DNA of 64,000 nucleotides from Gracilinanus agilis (Eukaryota). Under the pieces are notes generated by a model. The model worked only from the letters and a program-made list of their open reading frames with translations, was not told the origin of the DNA and ran no database searches. The stretch lies in NCBI RefSeq assembly GCF_016433145.1, contig NC_058133.1, positions 284,364,202 to 284,428,201 on the forward strand. The letters run 5' to 3'. Numbering within the stretch: the stretch's first letter is position 1; each line of letters opens with the position of its first letter. The position numbers and the translations under genes are program-made. Shown here piece after piece: positions 1-15,563 of the stretch.

Positions 1-239
1 TCAGGGGATCACAAATTTCCTGCCATATGATGATCTCAATGTTACAGAAATGACATTGACACCCTCCATTCGATATGTTTTATGTTTACTACCTTATGTT
101 TATTAAATCCCCCATAAATAATGATAATAGCTAGCATTTAAATAGCACTTTAACATTTTTGATTAACATTTTTTTAACATTTTTCTTTAACATTTTGCAG
201 TGCTCTACAAATATAATAGTTATATAGTCACAATAATCC

Positions 240-410
240 TGGAAGGTAAGTACCATTTTCCTCTCATTTTAAAGAAGGGAAAATTAAGGTTAATAAAAGC
301 TAAGTGACTTGCCAAGGTCAAAAAGCTAGTTAAGAATCTGGGGCTAGATTTGAATTCAGGTCTTCCAAATTCTAGGTAGCATGAATCTATATCATGAAAG
401 CATGGAGAGT
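240..410 (+). mobile_element. MIR/MAR1-like CORE-SINE fragment (core sequence in reverse-complement form)
   Basis: aagtgacttgccaaggtca...gatttgaattcaggtct core motif. Similar decayed copies lie near 5560, 8420, 15890, 16980, 19600, 21350, 25580, 31830, 33210 and 39780. Confidence 0.7.
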
Positions 411-1559
411 AGAAAAGTTCAACAAAAATTAAACCTATTGAAACTAAATCATTATAGTCTAAAAAGTAAAAAATTCCTAACAATTCCTCTTTCTGTAATT
501 TAAAAAATGTTTTTCTATATATTATTTATATGATAAAGGTTCTAAAAACTTTCAATGACAAATTTTGAATATTTGATATAATTAGATTATATTTACGTTA
601 ATGTTTCTTGACCATAACTTCATATTAGTGACAGGTTAATCACCATTCAAGATGAACCATCATAGAACAGGCAAACTTATGGTCTCAACCAAAAGAGGGT
701 GCACATTTCATTCACGAGAATGGTAAAAAAAAAAAAAAAAAAAAACTTTTAAAAAGAACATAAAAAAACAAGTTTAAACAACATAAAAAAATTTTTTTCT
801 CAGGGTTTATTTGTTTCTCTCCCCAATCTGGCAAGCAATATGGAAAAGAAAACGATCTTAAGGGTCAATTACCTCAATTGTTTCCATTTACCATAATGAC
901 ATTGCTTTGTCAGGTTCAGATAAGATAATATATGTAAAGATCTTTGGAGACTGTAATAGACTATTTTTGCTACATTTTGACCATAAATCAAAGAAGTATT
1001 TGGGGGGGGGGTTAACATAAAAAGCCTTATGAGAATACGCACTATAAAAACATTTAAACTATAATGTATGAGCTACTTAGAAAATATAGTAGGTAAAAAA
1101 ATAGATACTAAATTGCAACAGGAAAAATTATAACCAAATAAGTTAATTAATATATATAGCTAATTACTAATATTTCTGGATTATAAACATAATATGTATA
1201 TATAGATATGTGTGTTTAGATTTCTGACTTTCTTGTCACATGATGGGCAAAATATATTACCAATAATCCATTTTTAATCTTGGTGAGAAACAATCATATT
1301 TTTCTTTTCAAAGAATTTTAAATCACGCTGAATTTAATTTTATATATCTAAACGCTACACTTAGGAATGCCTATTTGTATTAAAATATGGCATTCTGAAT
1401 CTCTGCCTAGCATATAAAATATTGCACTATCATAAATTCACTGGACCCCATGAACTAGGACTTACCTCTAAACATGATTCCTAAAACTATATATATATAT
1501 ATATCTTTAATTTCACTCCTGAATTCCATTCCCATATTATTAAATCCCTTCTGGCCATT

Positions 1560-2400
1560 TCTGCAGGCATCTCAAATCAACACATCCATAATGGAATTAA
1601 TAATTTCTTCCAAACCAATCCCTCATTAAAAGTTTTTCTTCTTTTTGCCAAGAGTACCACTATCCTTCTACTCACCCAGATTTACAACTCCAGTGTCATC
1701 CTCAACTCTTCACTCTTTCAATACCTATATCCAATCAGTTACAAAGTCTTATCAATTCTACTGTCACAATATACATTCATACAATCAGAACTCTAGATCA
1801 GGCACTTCACCTCGCTCCAAGATTACTGCAACAGACTCCTAACAAATATTCCTAAAATCTTACTAATGTTACTTCCTCCTCAAAAAAAAAAAAACATCAA
1901 ACAAACAAACAAAAAAAAACTTCAAGACTTCCATATTGCTTCCTAGGCTAAATTACAAAATCCTCAGCCTAGCATTTAAAGCATTTCACAATGCCTCCTT
2001 CCTCTGTCTCTAGCTTTATTGCCTATCACTTCCCTTCATGTACTCTGTTCTAGCCTAACTAGCCTTGTTGTCCAGACATGCTACTGTATTTCCAATTTGT
2101 ATACCTTTCAACAGTTGTTTCCCTCAGGTCATCTCAGCCACAGACAATTCCCAGCAACCTTCAAGGGATCCAACTCCTCTCAGAAATCTCTCCTAATCCT
2201 CCTCCTCCCTCCCTCCCTGAATGGTAGAGCTCTCTCCATCTGGAAAGTACTTGTTCTATATTTTATAGTCATTTATTTTGTGTGTATTTGGGTATCTTGG
2301 GTAGAACTTAAGTTCTTTCTATGTACTATTTTACTTTTTGCCTTTGTAGCTGCACACATTTTACATGGTATGTGTTTAATAACTCTTTAATTGAACTGAA
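1560..2400 (+). mobile_element. L2 LINE 3' remnant
   Basis: Typical L2 3' motifs (catctcaaatcaacac, atccaatcagtt...caattctac, ctagcatttaaagc). Further L2 remnants at about 7590-8250 (+), 10450-11330 (-), 23200-23720 (-), 36200-36700 (+) and 40200-40500 (-). Confidence 0.7.
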
Positions 2401-3010
2401 TCAACCTACCAACACCACTCACTGTTTATTCTCCATTGCTTCCTTTCTGTCCTAGATTTCCCATCAATCACGGAATTAAGTTTGAAAATAAATTTTTCGT
2501 ACAACTTCACTGATGGGAGGTTTACTAGAAGCAAGCAGGAGGGGGATTTGTGCCTTTTCTTTTTTATGCCCATTCTTTGGAAATATCACACAATCCTTTT
2601 TCAGTTTAGGGATTTTTTAAAAGGATTTTACAATTTAGTTTTTAGGAAGTTAGAAAACAAATGAAAAGATGATAACAGGCTCTAATGATGTGATAAGCTT
2701 ATAATAGCTTTAAAGATGTAGTATAAAATTTTAAATAAAAAAAAGGTTTAGTTATTTGAGTAAAGAATTCCATTAAAAGGGAACAGATGGAAAGAAGATC
2801 ATCTGGAAACCAGAAAAGCAGAGAAAGATGGGGGTAGAGAAATGAAATGACATTTCCAAACAGCAGTCATCACAAATGAAGGTTAATCAAACAAGGAGAT
2901 GCAGGTATGAGGAAAGAGGATGAGTCCTAAACCAACTTTTATATGGGCTAGAGGAGGAGGGACAAAAAAAAAAAGAGAGAGAATTTAAATACTAGTTTTA
3001 TTATATCAGT

Positions 3011-3013
<3 letters not shown>

Positions 3014-3073
<60 letters not shown>
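3014..3073. repeat. (CA)n microsatellite, about 30 units
   Basis: Uninterrupted AC run seen directly. Confidence 0.98.
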
Positions 3074-3075
<2 letters not shown>

Positions 3076-3729
3076 GTGGTGGAACTTTGTGGTTAGTGGG
3101 CTTGGATTATTATAAAATTAGATTTACCTGTATTTTCATATGGAAAAAAGGTGAGTCTTATTACATATTATAGAATACACATTTCTATCTCCCTCCAGTT
3201 ATGCACTACATGTTGACCCAGATGGCCTCTGACAAGTCTTTCAGCTCAAGATTTGTAATATTATAAACTACAGAACTGATTATATATCAAAACTCAATAA
3301 TTTGATGTTTGTAAGAAATACATCTAAAGCACAGGGATTTATTCAATATCATTAATGAATGCAGAGGTAGAATAAGATTTGCTGTGCTTTGTCCACTTCT
3401 AAAAAAGCAAGAGCTGCAGTCATGACTGGAGAGTAAGACAATGGCAAACACAGTTGCCATTATGAAAGATGATGAGGGAAAATGCATTATAATTAAAAAG
3501 CACCTTAGATAATGAAATAAGGGCAATATTCAATAGAGGGGAAAGGTTTCTTAGTGGGCAATGTCTTCAATGAAGACAGAATCAGGAAGTCCTGCCTCTG
3601 CTACACAATAAGCCCTGCTGCAAATGACTTAATCTCTCAGTGCTCTAGGTAATTTTCTAAGACAATCTGTGGCAGAGATGGTGCCAACATGTATTAGGAA
3701 AGGCAGCTCCTCAGTAGATGCTTGATTAA

Positions 3730-4400
3730 ATTATGGGTCCAGGGAAGGGGGGGAAACACACATACACAAATAGCATAGCAACAATATTCTAGGGGAAAAA
3801 ATAAAACATAACTGCAATTAAAAAAATTTAGATAGTAAGACATTAATTCTACAAAACCTTAATGTTCCACACACAGAATGAACAATTCCTCAAAAGACAA
3901 ACCAGAACAAACTACAAACCTGAATACAATGTTAGGAAAATTTGATATGCTAGACCTCCAGAGCCTTATGAATTAGAGCCTTAAAGAATAAGTCTTGTGG
4001 CCTATGATATTTAAACATGTGCTATTAACACAAAGAACTCATAAATGAAGGTAGAAATGCTGGGAACATCCTTTATAAATCAGAATGTAATATAAATTAT
4101 AATAAAGGAAACATGAATAAAAGATGCAGATACTAAATAGAAACTAAAAAATAAAAGTATCTTTCAAAAATGAGTAGGTAAAAGAATAAATCATAGAATT
4201 TTTAAAAAGTTACACTAGAGTGAAAAATAATAAGACAATAGAGGAGAATATATGGAATGAGGCAATTCTAGTAGGAAATGTATATGCATGAATATTTATA
4301 CTGAAAAGAGATCCCCAAACAAGCATTAAAGTGATTTTAAAAATTAAAGGCAACCTAAATAAAACTGATTTTTAAAAGGAAATAATAAAGTTTTGAAGTA
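3730..4400 (+). mobile_element. Old, decayed L1 ORF2 fragment
   Basis: A-rich sequence with remnants of the endonuclease-downstream region of L1 ORF2; no intact ORF. Confidence 0.5.
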
Positions 4401-4458
4401 TTAAATAAAAGGATAAATTACCAAAAAGACCATGTTTTTATCAATGTGATATATATTA

Positions 4459-4701
<243 letters not shown>

Positions 4702-5789
4702 TTATGTAGATGGCATGCAATGAAAAAAATGCTTATTCTACATATGTTAGAATATTCTCATAATAAATAAAAACAATATTTAAATTGTTATTTCAGATTA
4801 ATATGAAGTAAAACTAAGACAAGAATATTTGACTTATTTTAAATGCAACATATGAAAATGCTCTCTCATACACATTTAAAAAAAGAGCTTACTGGCATTA
4901 TAAAAGAAATCTCCATTTTATAGCAGGTTCTTGTTAAATAATTTCTTTCATACAACTAAAGTAAAATTTACCTTACAAAAATTTGATGCATGTTAACTTT
5001 CCAGTTCATTTAACATATAGTACATATAAGAAAGAAGAAATATATATTAAAAGTTGAAAAAAGCATTCTTACTATACTAGGACAATAATTTGTTTCCTTG
5101 ATAAATCTGCAATATTATTTGGTATTAATGAACGACTAATTTATATGTCAGATAAAACTAAATAAAAATACAAATGTATTTTTCATAACATTTCACTAAT
5201 AGATTTATTAGAATGCATTTTTGAAGTGTCTTGTTACCAAGTGCAGTGATTCTATACTAATCTATATACAAAATGACATTCACAAGTCAATTTACCCATT
5301 AAGAAAGACAAAAATAAGAGACATGATGAAAAGTAAATTTGTTAAATGACACAATGTCTATAAAGCACTTTGAAAGCTTTAAAATACTACCTAAGCAATA
5401 ACTTTTATTATTAAATCTTTATCTTTGTGTCAGATCTATAATTTAATTTCTATAAGGAACACCCAATAAAGATATTCCTTTAACAATGCAGGAGAGCATT
5501 TGTTCTTTATATTCTTTATAAATCTGCAATTAATACTCCCCCAAATTGCCTGTGATTAGAAATCAAGTGACTTGTCCAAGGTCACTCAGCCAGAACGTGA
5601 CAGAGGTAGGATTTGAATCCAATTCTTTGCTGACTTCAAGTTCAGTAATGCTTCTCTTGCTCCATGGTACTGCCATAGATGAGTGGTTCAGAAAGTAGAA
5701 AGCCAACAAATACACAACTACAGTAATATTTTAAGAAATTCATGCAAGAGTACTAAGATACTCTTGAGTGAATGAGTGAAATTTAACAA

Positions 5790-6320
5790 ACAGGTAAAGT
5801 GTGACACATTTCTCCAAATAAGATCGTGTTTTATTTATTAGGGTCAGTAACCTGAGAATAAGATGGGCCTCTATTTATGCCAAAGACCCAAAGAATAGCT
5901 TATAGATTTTAGGTAGTACAAAGAAATCAAGGTAGGTGACATCATGGAATTGAGGACAACATGACTGGTTCTAAGGGAACAATTGACTGATGGAAGTTTA
6001 GGAACAAACTCCTTCCTTTCCTTGCTATGACTAAGAAATGTTCATTATTTAAGTGCAGTGTAAGTTTTAGAGATAGCAAACCAGACGTTCTGAAGGATAG
6101 CTTGGTGATAGAAGGATAAGAGGCCAGACTCCCTTATGTCCAACAACATCCCTCAAGGTTTGCAAATTTCCTTGAGGCAAAAATAAACATCAGCAAGAGA
6201 ACTGGATTTCTGAACTTAACCCATTACAGGTCAGCTAAATTTTGAACTAAGTTCAAAGGCAGAGAATCATGACTAAAGCAGTTACAGGACAAAATCAATT
6301 AACTTTATAGGTCCAATGTT
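5790..6320 (-). mobile_element. Probable solo LTR
   Basis: Composition shift, minus-strand AATAAA (tttatt at about 5830) and LTR-like sequence. Termini not verified. Confidence 0.35.
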
Positions 6321-6631
6321 GATTTTCTCACTATAAATAAATCAGAAATACTAATACATTAAAAGAAATCCTTAATCTGCCACTTACAGAGCACATCATA
6401 AACAAAGTCATTTTAATTCAAATAGATGGTGAAAATGTCATCATTTTCATAACAAATATTATCTCACTCACATATTTTCAATGAGATTCAAACAGAAATC
6501 GACAAGGAAAAAGTCATTATTTGCCTTTGTTGTTTCATATTTAAGGGCCTACAGACTATTATATAGATGGGCAAAATAACATTTTCATATTTGAATAAAA
6601 AATATTAGAATGTTTTTTAAAAAGGAAGTAA

Positions 6632-6789
6632 CAGGCCTAGAGACAGGAGGTCCTAGGTTCAAACCCAGCCTCAGCCACTTCCCAGGTGTGTGACCCTGGG
6701 CAAGTCACTTGACCCCCATTGCCCACCCTTACCACTCTTCCACCTATGAGACAATACACCGAAGTACAAGGGTTAAAAAAAAAAAAAAA
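6632..6789 (+). mobile_element. Young SINE1_Mdo-like SINE, 5'-truncated
   Basis: Body plus poly(A). TSD aaaaaggaagtaa at 6619-6631 and 6785-6797. Confidence 0.92.
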
Positions 6790-7165
6790 GGAAGTAAATT
6801 TGCTTTTAACATCCCACTTCATTTTAAATGAGAACTTTTTGGGAAATTAAAGTTCTAAAATGGTAAATCCTCTTGAAATATAATTGTGCTCATGCATAAG
6901 CTTCAGTTTTATTTCCTTCAATTACTATTTCAATAAAGAAGTATGTGCAACTATAAACTAGATTTTATTCCAAAGTTTCAAATTCCAAATTTCATTAACC
7001 AATTTCCTTGTTATCACCAAGACAGAAAACAGAGAAAACAATCTAGTATGATATTTATATGTATTTAATCATTGATTTTGCTAGATGCTAACATTCTCTC
7101 AGAATTTTTAAATTTTCCCCCATCATGTTACAAATGCAGAATAGGTCACATATGAGTTTTACTCA

Positions 7166-7324
<159 letters not shown>

Positions 7325-10197
7325 CTATATAAAGAAATTTAAAATAAAAAAATAATTATTCAAAATGAAGTGACTGTCCAAAAAAAAGTAATACAACTTT
7401 AAGATGAATAAAGTAAATTGTATGAGTTTAATTTGCATTCATAGTATAGTGCCAGAAAAAAGTAATATTTTTCTATTCTATTTATCTCATGTTAAATGTT
7501 GTTCAATAAGAGAGGCATTTATAAGGTGGACTGTATGCAGAAGGAGGAGGAACAGATGGTGAGGAAACCTGTAGTCACATCTTATCATTTCTGCCCCTTT
7601 TCCTAAATACCCTATTTCTGTTGAAGGTAACACCATACTTTGTCACCCTGATTTGCAACCTCAGGGTCACTGTAAAGTCTTCATTCTTCCTCAAATCCAA
7701 CTAGTTTCCAAGTCTATTTGATTTTATTTCCATAACTTATCTCATATCTATCCTTTTTCTCAAATCACAAAGCCTTCATTCTAGTTTCCATATTTATCAT
7801 TTTTAACCAAGCTTTTAACATAGTTTCCTAACTGCCATCCTAGTGTTATTTTCTCCCCCTCTCCAATCCACACTCCACAAAGCTAGCAAATCAGTATTCC
7901 TAAAGCATAGGTCTGTTATCCCCATGCTCAAGAAACAGCATTGTGCCTTTGGTTTCTCAAACATAATATTCCATTTCCTATCTCCATGATTATATACAAG
8001 TTGCCTCATAGAACCCAGACCTTCAAATCTCAAGTAAGTACCTCCTATAGGAAACCTACTTCCCGTACTATAGTCTTTCCCAAAAAATTACTTTATATCT
8101 ACTTTAGATACTTTTTGAAATTTTTATGTGCACGATTTCCCCCATCATCCCCAATGAATGTAAGCTCTGAAAGCAGGGGTCCCATTTTTGTATTTATATC
8201 CCAGTGCCTAGCAGAGTAAATGCTGAATGAATTACTGAATGAATAATATATGAAAATTGTTAGAGAAATTGGCAATCTATACTCAAGAGAAATTAATAAT
8301 CAGAAGAAAATACAATTGCTAACTTTAAATATGTGAATGGCTCACATATGGAATAGGGATTTGACATATGTGACTAAAAAGAGCAGAATTCTAATCAAAG
8401 GGTATAAACTGAGGAGGCTAAGAGCTAGGTAGTGTAATGAATGGACTTGGAAGACTCAAATTCATATCCTGACACAGATTTTGTGTGAACTTTGGAAAGT
8501 CACTCAATATCTCTCAGCATCAGTTTCCTCATCTGTAAGGATAGATCTGATAATGCCTATTTCATTGGGCTGTTAGAAGAATTAAATCAGAGATGTGTTA
8601 ATAGCTTTTTAAACTTTAAAGTGCTACATTAATTTTTACTATTATATTATTACTATTATTGGTGTTGTTAACTATTATAAGATAAAAAATGAATACTCCA
8701 AGTATTTAAATTTTATAGGATTTAATAACAACAAAAGTGAGAGAGAAAGGGGTTCCTTCAGCCAAGTGAGCAGAGCAAAGAGTCAGAGACCCAGAAGCCT
8801 GCCACGCTGGAGCCAAAGGAAAAAAAGCACCACAGCTTGGGTTTTAGCAAATTTATAAACAAACCCATGCCAGGGCAAAAGACAGGGATGCCAGATAAGA
8901 GAACCCTGGAAAGAATAAAGAATGCTGGGAAACAGCAGGGTACAAATTTTTAAAACACACACTATGGAGAGTCAGATTTTGGCTCAATCTATGAAAAGTC
9001 TTCTTAAAATTTATAAAAGGCCCATCTACAGAAAGAACTCCTATCACTGAAAGTGTAAAAAGAGAGGCCAGATGATTACACATCAGAGACACTGCAAGGA
9101 GTTTCTGTATCAGGTAAAAAGCTGAATTAGATTTCTTTTATGTAGTGTTTCAAATTCCCTAAGAAATTAACCTTTGGGATTCAAGAACAAGAAATCTGAA
9201 TTCTGTGAATTTTGGGGAATTTCTGAGATTATAAATAATTTTGTATTATTTCATATCACTTTGAGTGTTTTTAAATAAAAACGAATGACCAAAAAATATA
9301 CAATGAATCATTTTTTCTGTGACAGCATTATACTATGTTTCAAAGGTTTTCTACCTTTAAACCACATAATAATAAATGTGTGGTTTCTTATCATTTTGAA
9401 CCAATATATTAAGGCAATGATTTAAAGCACATCTGGCAACGAGATGACTAATTTCCTTTACCTTTATTGAAATATTTAAAAAATTCTTCATATATTTACT
9501 CATTATTATAGATATAGGAAAAGTAATTAATAAGGAATGTTAAGTTTAGTAGCATTTACAAAAGACTATACAACCTACATACTAGATATGTTATATACTA
9601 TATAACCCAAATACTCTAACACTGGAAAATGACAATAAATTTTATTGTCAGATATGCAGATCTCCTAACAAGGTTAACAGAATTACAGAGAAAGAATCAC
9701 ATCTAACTTGTCAATTTAAGGATTTATGTTGCTTCTAAAATTTATTTCTTGGAATACCATTTATATATGCATAAAGCATACTTTGCTATAAATTTAAGAG
9801 TTATTTTATTGGCAAGGATGGCTTGCCACTAGCAGCAGACACAAACTTATATAGAAACCGTTACAAGCAAGAAGTTATAGGTAAAATGACTGATTCTATT
9901 TTCCTGAATTTTTGACTCTGCATGTCAGTATTTCCTGCTTTTGCTTCTGACTTGGTCAGTGGATTCCTTAAAACTAGCAATATCTCTATATTGATACTCT
10001 CTTTTAATTCTTACAGAATTATTATACTCTTTTCCAATTTCTTGACTGATTTTTTTCTCACTATGTGGAAAAAACAAAGTTCCTGAGAAATGCAGGGAAA
10101 ATTTTCTGCAATGAAAACATTATTTTTATGGTTCCTTCCATTGGCAATACCCTTTGTTTCTGTGAGGTTAGAGAGTATATCAAAAAGTAGAATATTA

Positions 10198-10404
10198 GGG
10201 GGCAGCTGGGTAGCTCAGTGGATTGAGAGCCACGCCTAGAGACGGGAGGTCCTAGGTTCAAATCTAGCCTCAGACACTTCCCAGCTGTGTGACCTTGGGC
10301 AAGTCACTTGATCCCCATTGCCTACCCTTACCACTCTTCCACCAAGGAACTAATACACAGAAGTTAAGGGTTTAAAAATATAAAAAAACAAAAACAAAAA
10401 AAAA
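10198..10404 (+). mobile_element. Full-length SINE1_Mdo-like SINE
   Basis: ggggcagctgggtagctcagtgg tRNA-like head and A-rich tail. TSD aagtagaatatta on both sides. Confidence 0.93.
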
Positions 10405-11891
10405 GAAGTAGAATATTAGAAAAGTAAAAAGAGAGTAAGCATAAATGGTTTGGGATCTCTCTTCCTGAAGCATGAAAGAATAGTAATATTGGGAAATAAA
10501 ACCAGAGATGACTGATTACAGGGAGTACTGAATGTCAAACTAACAAGTCCTTTGGTAAGGGGCAACATAAGAAGAGCTTAAAAAAAGCTGTATTTTAGGA
10601 AGATTAATGTAATCTGATATTCAGTATAATGTATGCAGAAAGTAGGCACTCAATAAGTGTGAACTAAATTACAGAAATATACAAGATAGATCTGAAGGAG
10701 AAAAAGACCAAAGGTATAAAAATAAGTTAAGAGATTACTGCAATAATAATCCAAGTATGTGATATATAAGACTATAATGATAGCATCAAGAATGGAAAGG
10801 AAGGAAGGCTGCTAGGTGGTTCAGTGGATAGAAAGCCAGGCTATGTGACTCTGGGCAAGTTACTTAATGCTAATTGACTAGCCCTTACCGTTCTTCTGCC
10901 TCAGAACTAATACTTGTAATACTTGTATCAATTCTAAGATAAAAGGTAAGGGTTTAAAAAAGAAAAAAAAGAGAGAAAAGGAAAGGAAAGGAACTATAGG
11001 TTAGGACTGTGTCAGGTTCATAGTAAGAACTAATTAAATTTTCACTGACTGGCCGATCACTTACAAAGAAAAACTGAAAGGATTTAGTGACTTGGAAATA
11101 AGTAGGGAAAGTAAAGGAGTTTAAGGATGGAGTGAACTTCTTTCAATGCTGAATGACAGGGGAAATGATCATGGTATTGATAGAAACAGAAAAATCCAGA
11201 AGGAAGATTATGAGTTGGGTTTTTAAATATGTTAAGTCTGAGAGGAAGGTAGAATGCCTAAGGAGAGAGATTAAGAAGTAGTGGAAATTAGTACTGGAGT
11301 TCAGGAGCTAAAGGAGTAGATTACAGAATAACCAGGCCAGGAAAAAGATAGGAAAATTGAAAGAAAAAAAAAACCAGGTTAATAATTAAACTATGTTGGA
11401 GAAGAGGTAAGATTAATTTATTTGTAGAAATTTATCCACTTTCTCAAAAGACGATAACAGAACTTGTGGTACTGATTTTAAGAAGTCAAAATGCAAATTT
11501 TAAGTTACTAAGATCTATTGATACCTTATATGTTAAAAGCCACATTAAAACTTTCAATATGACTTTTGAAATTAAGATACTGTCTCTGTCCTTTAGGATC
11601 TTGAATCTAGTTAAAAAGGTGTGGGATATGCACACAAAAGTGACTTACTAAATGTTAATTGGTTCATTAGTTGTTAATTTGAAGTTTCAGAAAATTTAGA
11701 TATTGCATCTCTGATATTAAGCAATTTTATGTGACAACAGCTCATGAGAAAAAAATAATCTAAATATAGTTTTGCCTATGTCAAGTACTTTGTAATTTTT
11801 TTGCTATTACTATAACAACATTTTTATCTTTACAAAAGTAATTTGACTCTAAAAATGATACAAACTGTTTTTGTATTTTGAATTATTATTA

Positions 11892-12073
11892 TTTTTTTAA
11901 CCCTTGTACTTCAGTGTATTGTCTCATAGGTGGAAGAGTGGTAAGGGTGGGCAATGGGGGTCAAGTGACTTGCCCAGGGTCACACAGCTGGGAAGTGGCT
12001 GAGGCCGGGTTTGAACCTAGGACCTCCTGTCTCTAGGCCTGACTCTCACTCCACTGAGCTACCCAGCTGCCCC
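11892..12073 (-). mobile_element. Full-length young SINE1_Mdo-like SINE
   Basis: Reverse complement of the full consensus. TSD tgaattatt. Confidence 0.93.
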
Positions 12074-12199
12074 TGAATTATTTTTTAAAAGAAAAAGAAC
12101 TTATTAAGGTAATTATTTTCTTTTTTAAAGTGATTGCTATAGTATAAGTAATCAATAATTTATTTACTTATAAATTTTAAATTCTACTTATTAGTTTTT

Positions 12200-12377
12200 T
12201 TAAACTCTTAACTTTCAGTGTATTGTCTCATAGGTGGAAGAGTGGTAAGGGTGGGCAATGGGGGTCAAGTGACTTGCCTAGGGTCACACAACTGGGAAGT
12301 GGCTGAGGCCGGGTTTGAACCTAGGACCTCCTGTCTCTAGGCCTGACTCTCACTCCACTGAGCTACCCAGCTGCCCC
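12200..12377 (-). mobile_element. Full-length young SINE1_Mdo-like SINE, about 65 nt from the MMUT exon 3 donor
   Basis: Near-identical to the 11892 copy. TSD ctacttattagttttt at about 12184 and 12377. Confidence 0.93.
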
Positions 12378-12386
12378 TACTTATTA

Positions 12387-12875
<489 letters not shown>

Positions 12876-13399
12876 TTACAGGGAAATCAGTTAGGCTGGA
12901 ATTATTATAGTTCCCAAAGTTTTTTTTAGAATTCTTGAACATTAAAGCAACTTAAATTACAGAAGACATCTCATTTTCTAATATACTGGGCCTTTCCCTA
13001 AAGGTAGCACCTTTGAGTTCCACACTTCATTACTAACACACTTACTCAATATCGTCACAAAATAAATGTTCCATATTAAGTGAATTTTTTTGGATAACAG
13101 CCTTTAAAGAATCAAAACTATTTTATATTTGATAATTTTTAATAGAAGTATTTTGAAAATAAATTGCAGTTACTTACCTTGTAAGAGTATATTGAATGTA
13201 GTGAATGTAAAATAACTCTTAGGACTCAAGGTTATCATTACTTATCATGCTAGTATCATTTGTACCTATATAAAATGTCCCTAAACTTTTATGCTTTTTT
13301 AGTTGATGACTCTTTTGTTTCCTCCCTGTTAGTTATCACTGCTGATAATCTTCTATAATAAAAAAAAAAAGAACTAAGATGACCAGAGGAAACCAAATA

Positions 13400-14760
13400 A
13401 TCAAATCTGTTAAATCAGTAATTTTAATTGTATACATAAGTGTCAATACTAAGCTTTAGCCTAAAGGTGGGTGTACTTTGGCATGTAGACTTACAACAAT
13501 ATCATTTGGTCAAAGGTACGCACAGTGTAGTAACTTTTGGGACATAGTTCCAAACTACTTTCCAGAATGGCTGGATTAGTTAACAGTGCCAACAGTAGAG
13601 TGATGTATCTGTTTTTCCACATTTACTCTAGCATGTCAATTTCTGTTTTTGTCACCTTAGCCAATTTAATGGATATGAGGTGATACCTTGGAGAGGTTTT
13701 AATTTTCATTTCTCTAATTATATGGTTAATGAGATTGTATAATTCTTCCTCTAAAAACAGCTTATCCACATTCTTTGACTATTTATTAACTGGGACAAGG
13801 ATCTTACTCTTTTATAATTTGACTCAGCTCCTTATACATATTAGAAATGTTATCTTTAGAGAAAAAAATTTCCCCATTTCCCTAATTCTAATATTTGATC
13901 TTGTTTGTAAAAAAAATTTAAATTTCATAAAATCAAAGTTACTTGTTTTGCCTCCTATGAACCTCTCTGTCTTGGTCATGAACTCTTTCTCTATCCATAG
14001 AACTGACAGGTCATCTTTTCCCTGTTCCACTGGTTTGCTTATGATGTCACCCTTAAATAATTAATTTAATTTAATTTAAAAATAAAAATAAAATAATTAA
14101 AATAAATTAAATAATGTACACATTTTAAGTTTAAGTTGTTATTTTGGGTGAGATGTTCACCTATGCCTAGTTTCTGCCAACTCTTTTCTAGTTTTCCAAA
14201 GAGTTTTTTTTAAACATTTATTAATATTTATTTTTAACATGTTTACATGCTTCATGCCCCTACTTTCCCCTTCACCCCCCCCTCCCCACCCATGGCTGAC
14301 ACACATTTCCACTGGTTGTAACATGTGTCCTTGTTCAGGGCCTATTTCCAAATTGTTCCAAAGAGTTTTTAAATGAGTTCTAGTCCCAATAGCTGGGATT
14401 TTTGAGTTTATCAAACATTGAATTACCATGCTCATTTGTTTCAATGTATTATATATATTAATGTGCTAATTAATATATATATATATTAATCTGTTCGACT
14501 GATCAATCTCTCCAATCTCTCCATTTCTTTATCTAGTACCAAATTGTTTTGAAGACTATACCTTTCTTGTATAATCTCTCATACTATTAGTATCCCTACT
14601 TTTTTTTTTTCAATGATTCCCTTCATATTTTTTTATCTTTTTGTTCTTCCAGGTGAATTTTGTAAATTTTTTTTTAATCTATAAAGTAATAGCTCTAAAA
14701 AGTAATTCTTTGGTAGTTTGGTTTGGCACTAAATAAGAAAATTAATTTTGGTAGCATTGT
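13400..14760 (-). mobile_element. Decayed L1 ORF2/3' fragment interrupted by a younger L1 3' end
   Basis: T-rich antisense L1 sequence. Inner insert 14210-14355 is flanked by TSD ttccaaagagttttt (14194 and 14356). Confidence 0.7.
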
Positions 14761-14954
14761 TTATGTATCTTTTTATTTTATCTCCCCATTCTACACGTGA
14801 TATTCCTCATGTTAATTTTGATAAAATTAACAAGTTATTTTTTTTACCTTTAAAATTTGAATATATTCATTCTATATAGCATTACCCCGACTTCAGTTAT
14901 AAATACATTTCTTGAATCCTCTAACTAGGCTTTTCTCCATTTGTTCTGCTAGGC

Positions 14955-15148
14955 CAGTGATTCCCAAAGTGGGTGCTACTGCTCCCTGGTGGGTGCTGCA
15001 GTGATCCAGGGAGAGCGGTGATGGCCACAGGTGCATTTATCTTTCCTATTAATTGCTATTAAAATTTTTTAAAAATTAATTTCCAGGGGGCTAAGTAATA
15101 TTTTTTCTGGAAAGGGGGCAGTAGGCCAAAAAAGTTTGGGAACCACTG
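14955..15148. mobile_element. hAT (Charlie-type) MITE, 194 bp, 30 nt inside MMUT intron 2
   Basis: TIRs CAGTGATTCCCAAA / TTTGGGAACCACTG. Degenerate 8-bp TSD tgctaggc / tactaggt. Confidence 0.88.
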
Positions 15149-15178
15149 TACTAGGTAATGGGAGATAAAACATCTTAC

Positions 15179-15563
15179 CCTTGATGTTGTCCTTATAGAA
15201 TTTATTACTTTCTTCCACAGTGCTAAATCCAGCATATTGGCGGATGGTCCATGGTCTAAAGGTATACATGGTGGGATATGGTCCACGAGTAAATGGATTC
15301 ATTCCTGGTAACTCTTCGGGTAAATTTTTGGTATCTCTGCTGGAATACAAGGGCTTTATGGAAATTCCTTCTGGGGTGTGCCATATCAAATCTTCTGGAT
15401 TCTTGCCTTTCAGCTGCTTTTTAGCCAAAGTAGCCCACTCTGGATGTAGGGGGAGTTGCTGATGAAGAAAGCGTTGGCATGTATGCCTTAGAACTGTAGA
15501 CTCTTTTAGTTGTTTCAGGTAATGTGGAGGAAACAAAAGGAGTCCAATTTTAGTCCTTAACAT
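15179..15563 (-). CDS. MMUT: Methylmalonyl-CoA mutase, exon 2 coding part (start codon, mitochondrial leader, [16 protein letters not shown]...KFYKDNIK)
   Basis: ATG at 15563-15561, 385 coding nt, donor G|GTAAGA at 15178. The exon extends to 15599 (36 nt of 5' UTR) after a polypyrimidine/AG acceptor at 15600-15601. Confidence 0.98.

Noticed and set aside
10198-10270. tRNA-like A/B-box sequence
   Set aside because: It is the head of a tRNA-derived SINE with tail and TSD, not a tRNA gene.
15069-15178. C-terminal extension of the MMUT exon 2 ORF (also 12384-12443 and 4456-4497)
   Set aside because: Read-through into introns or a MITE past canonical donors.
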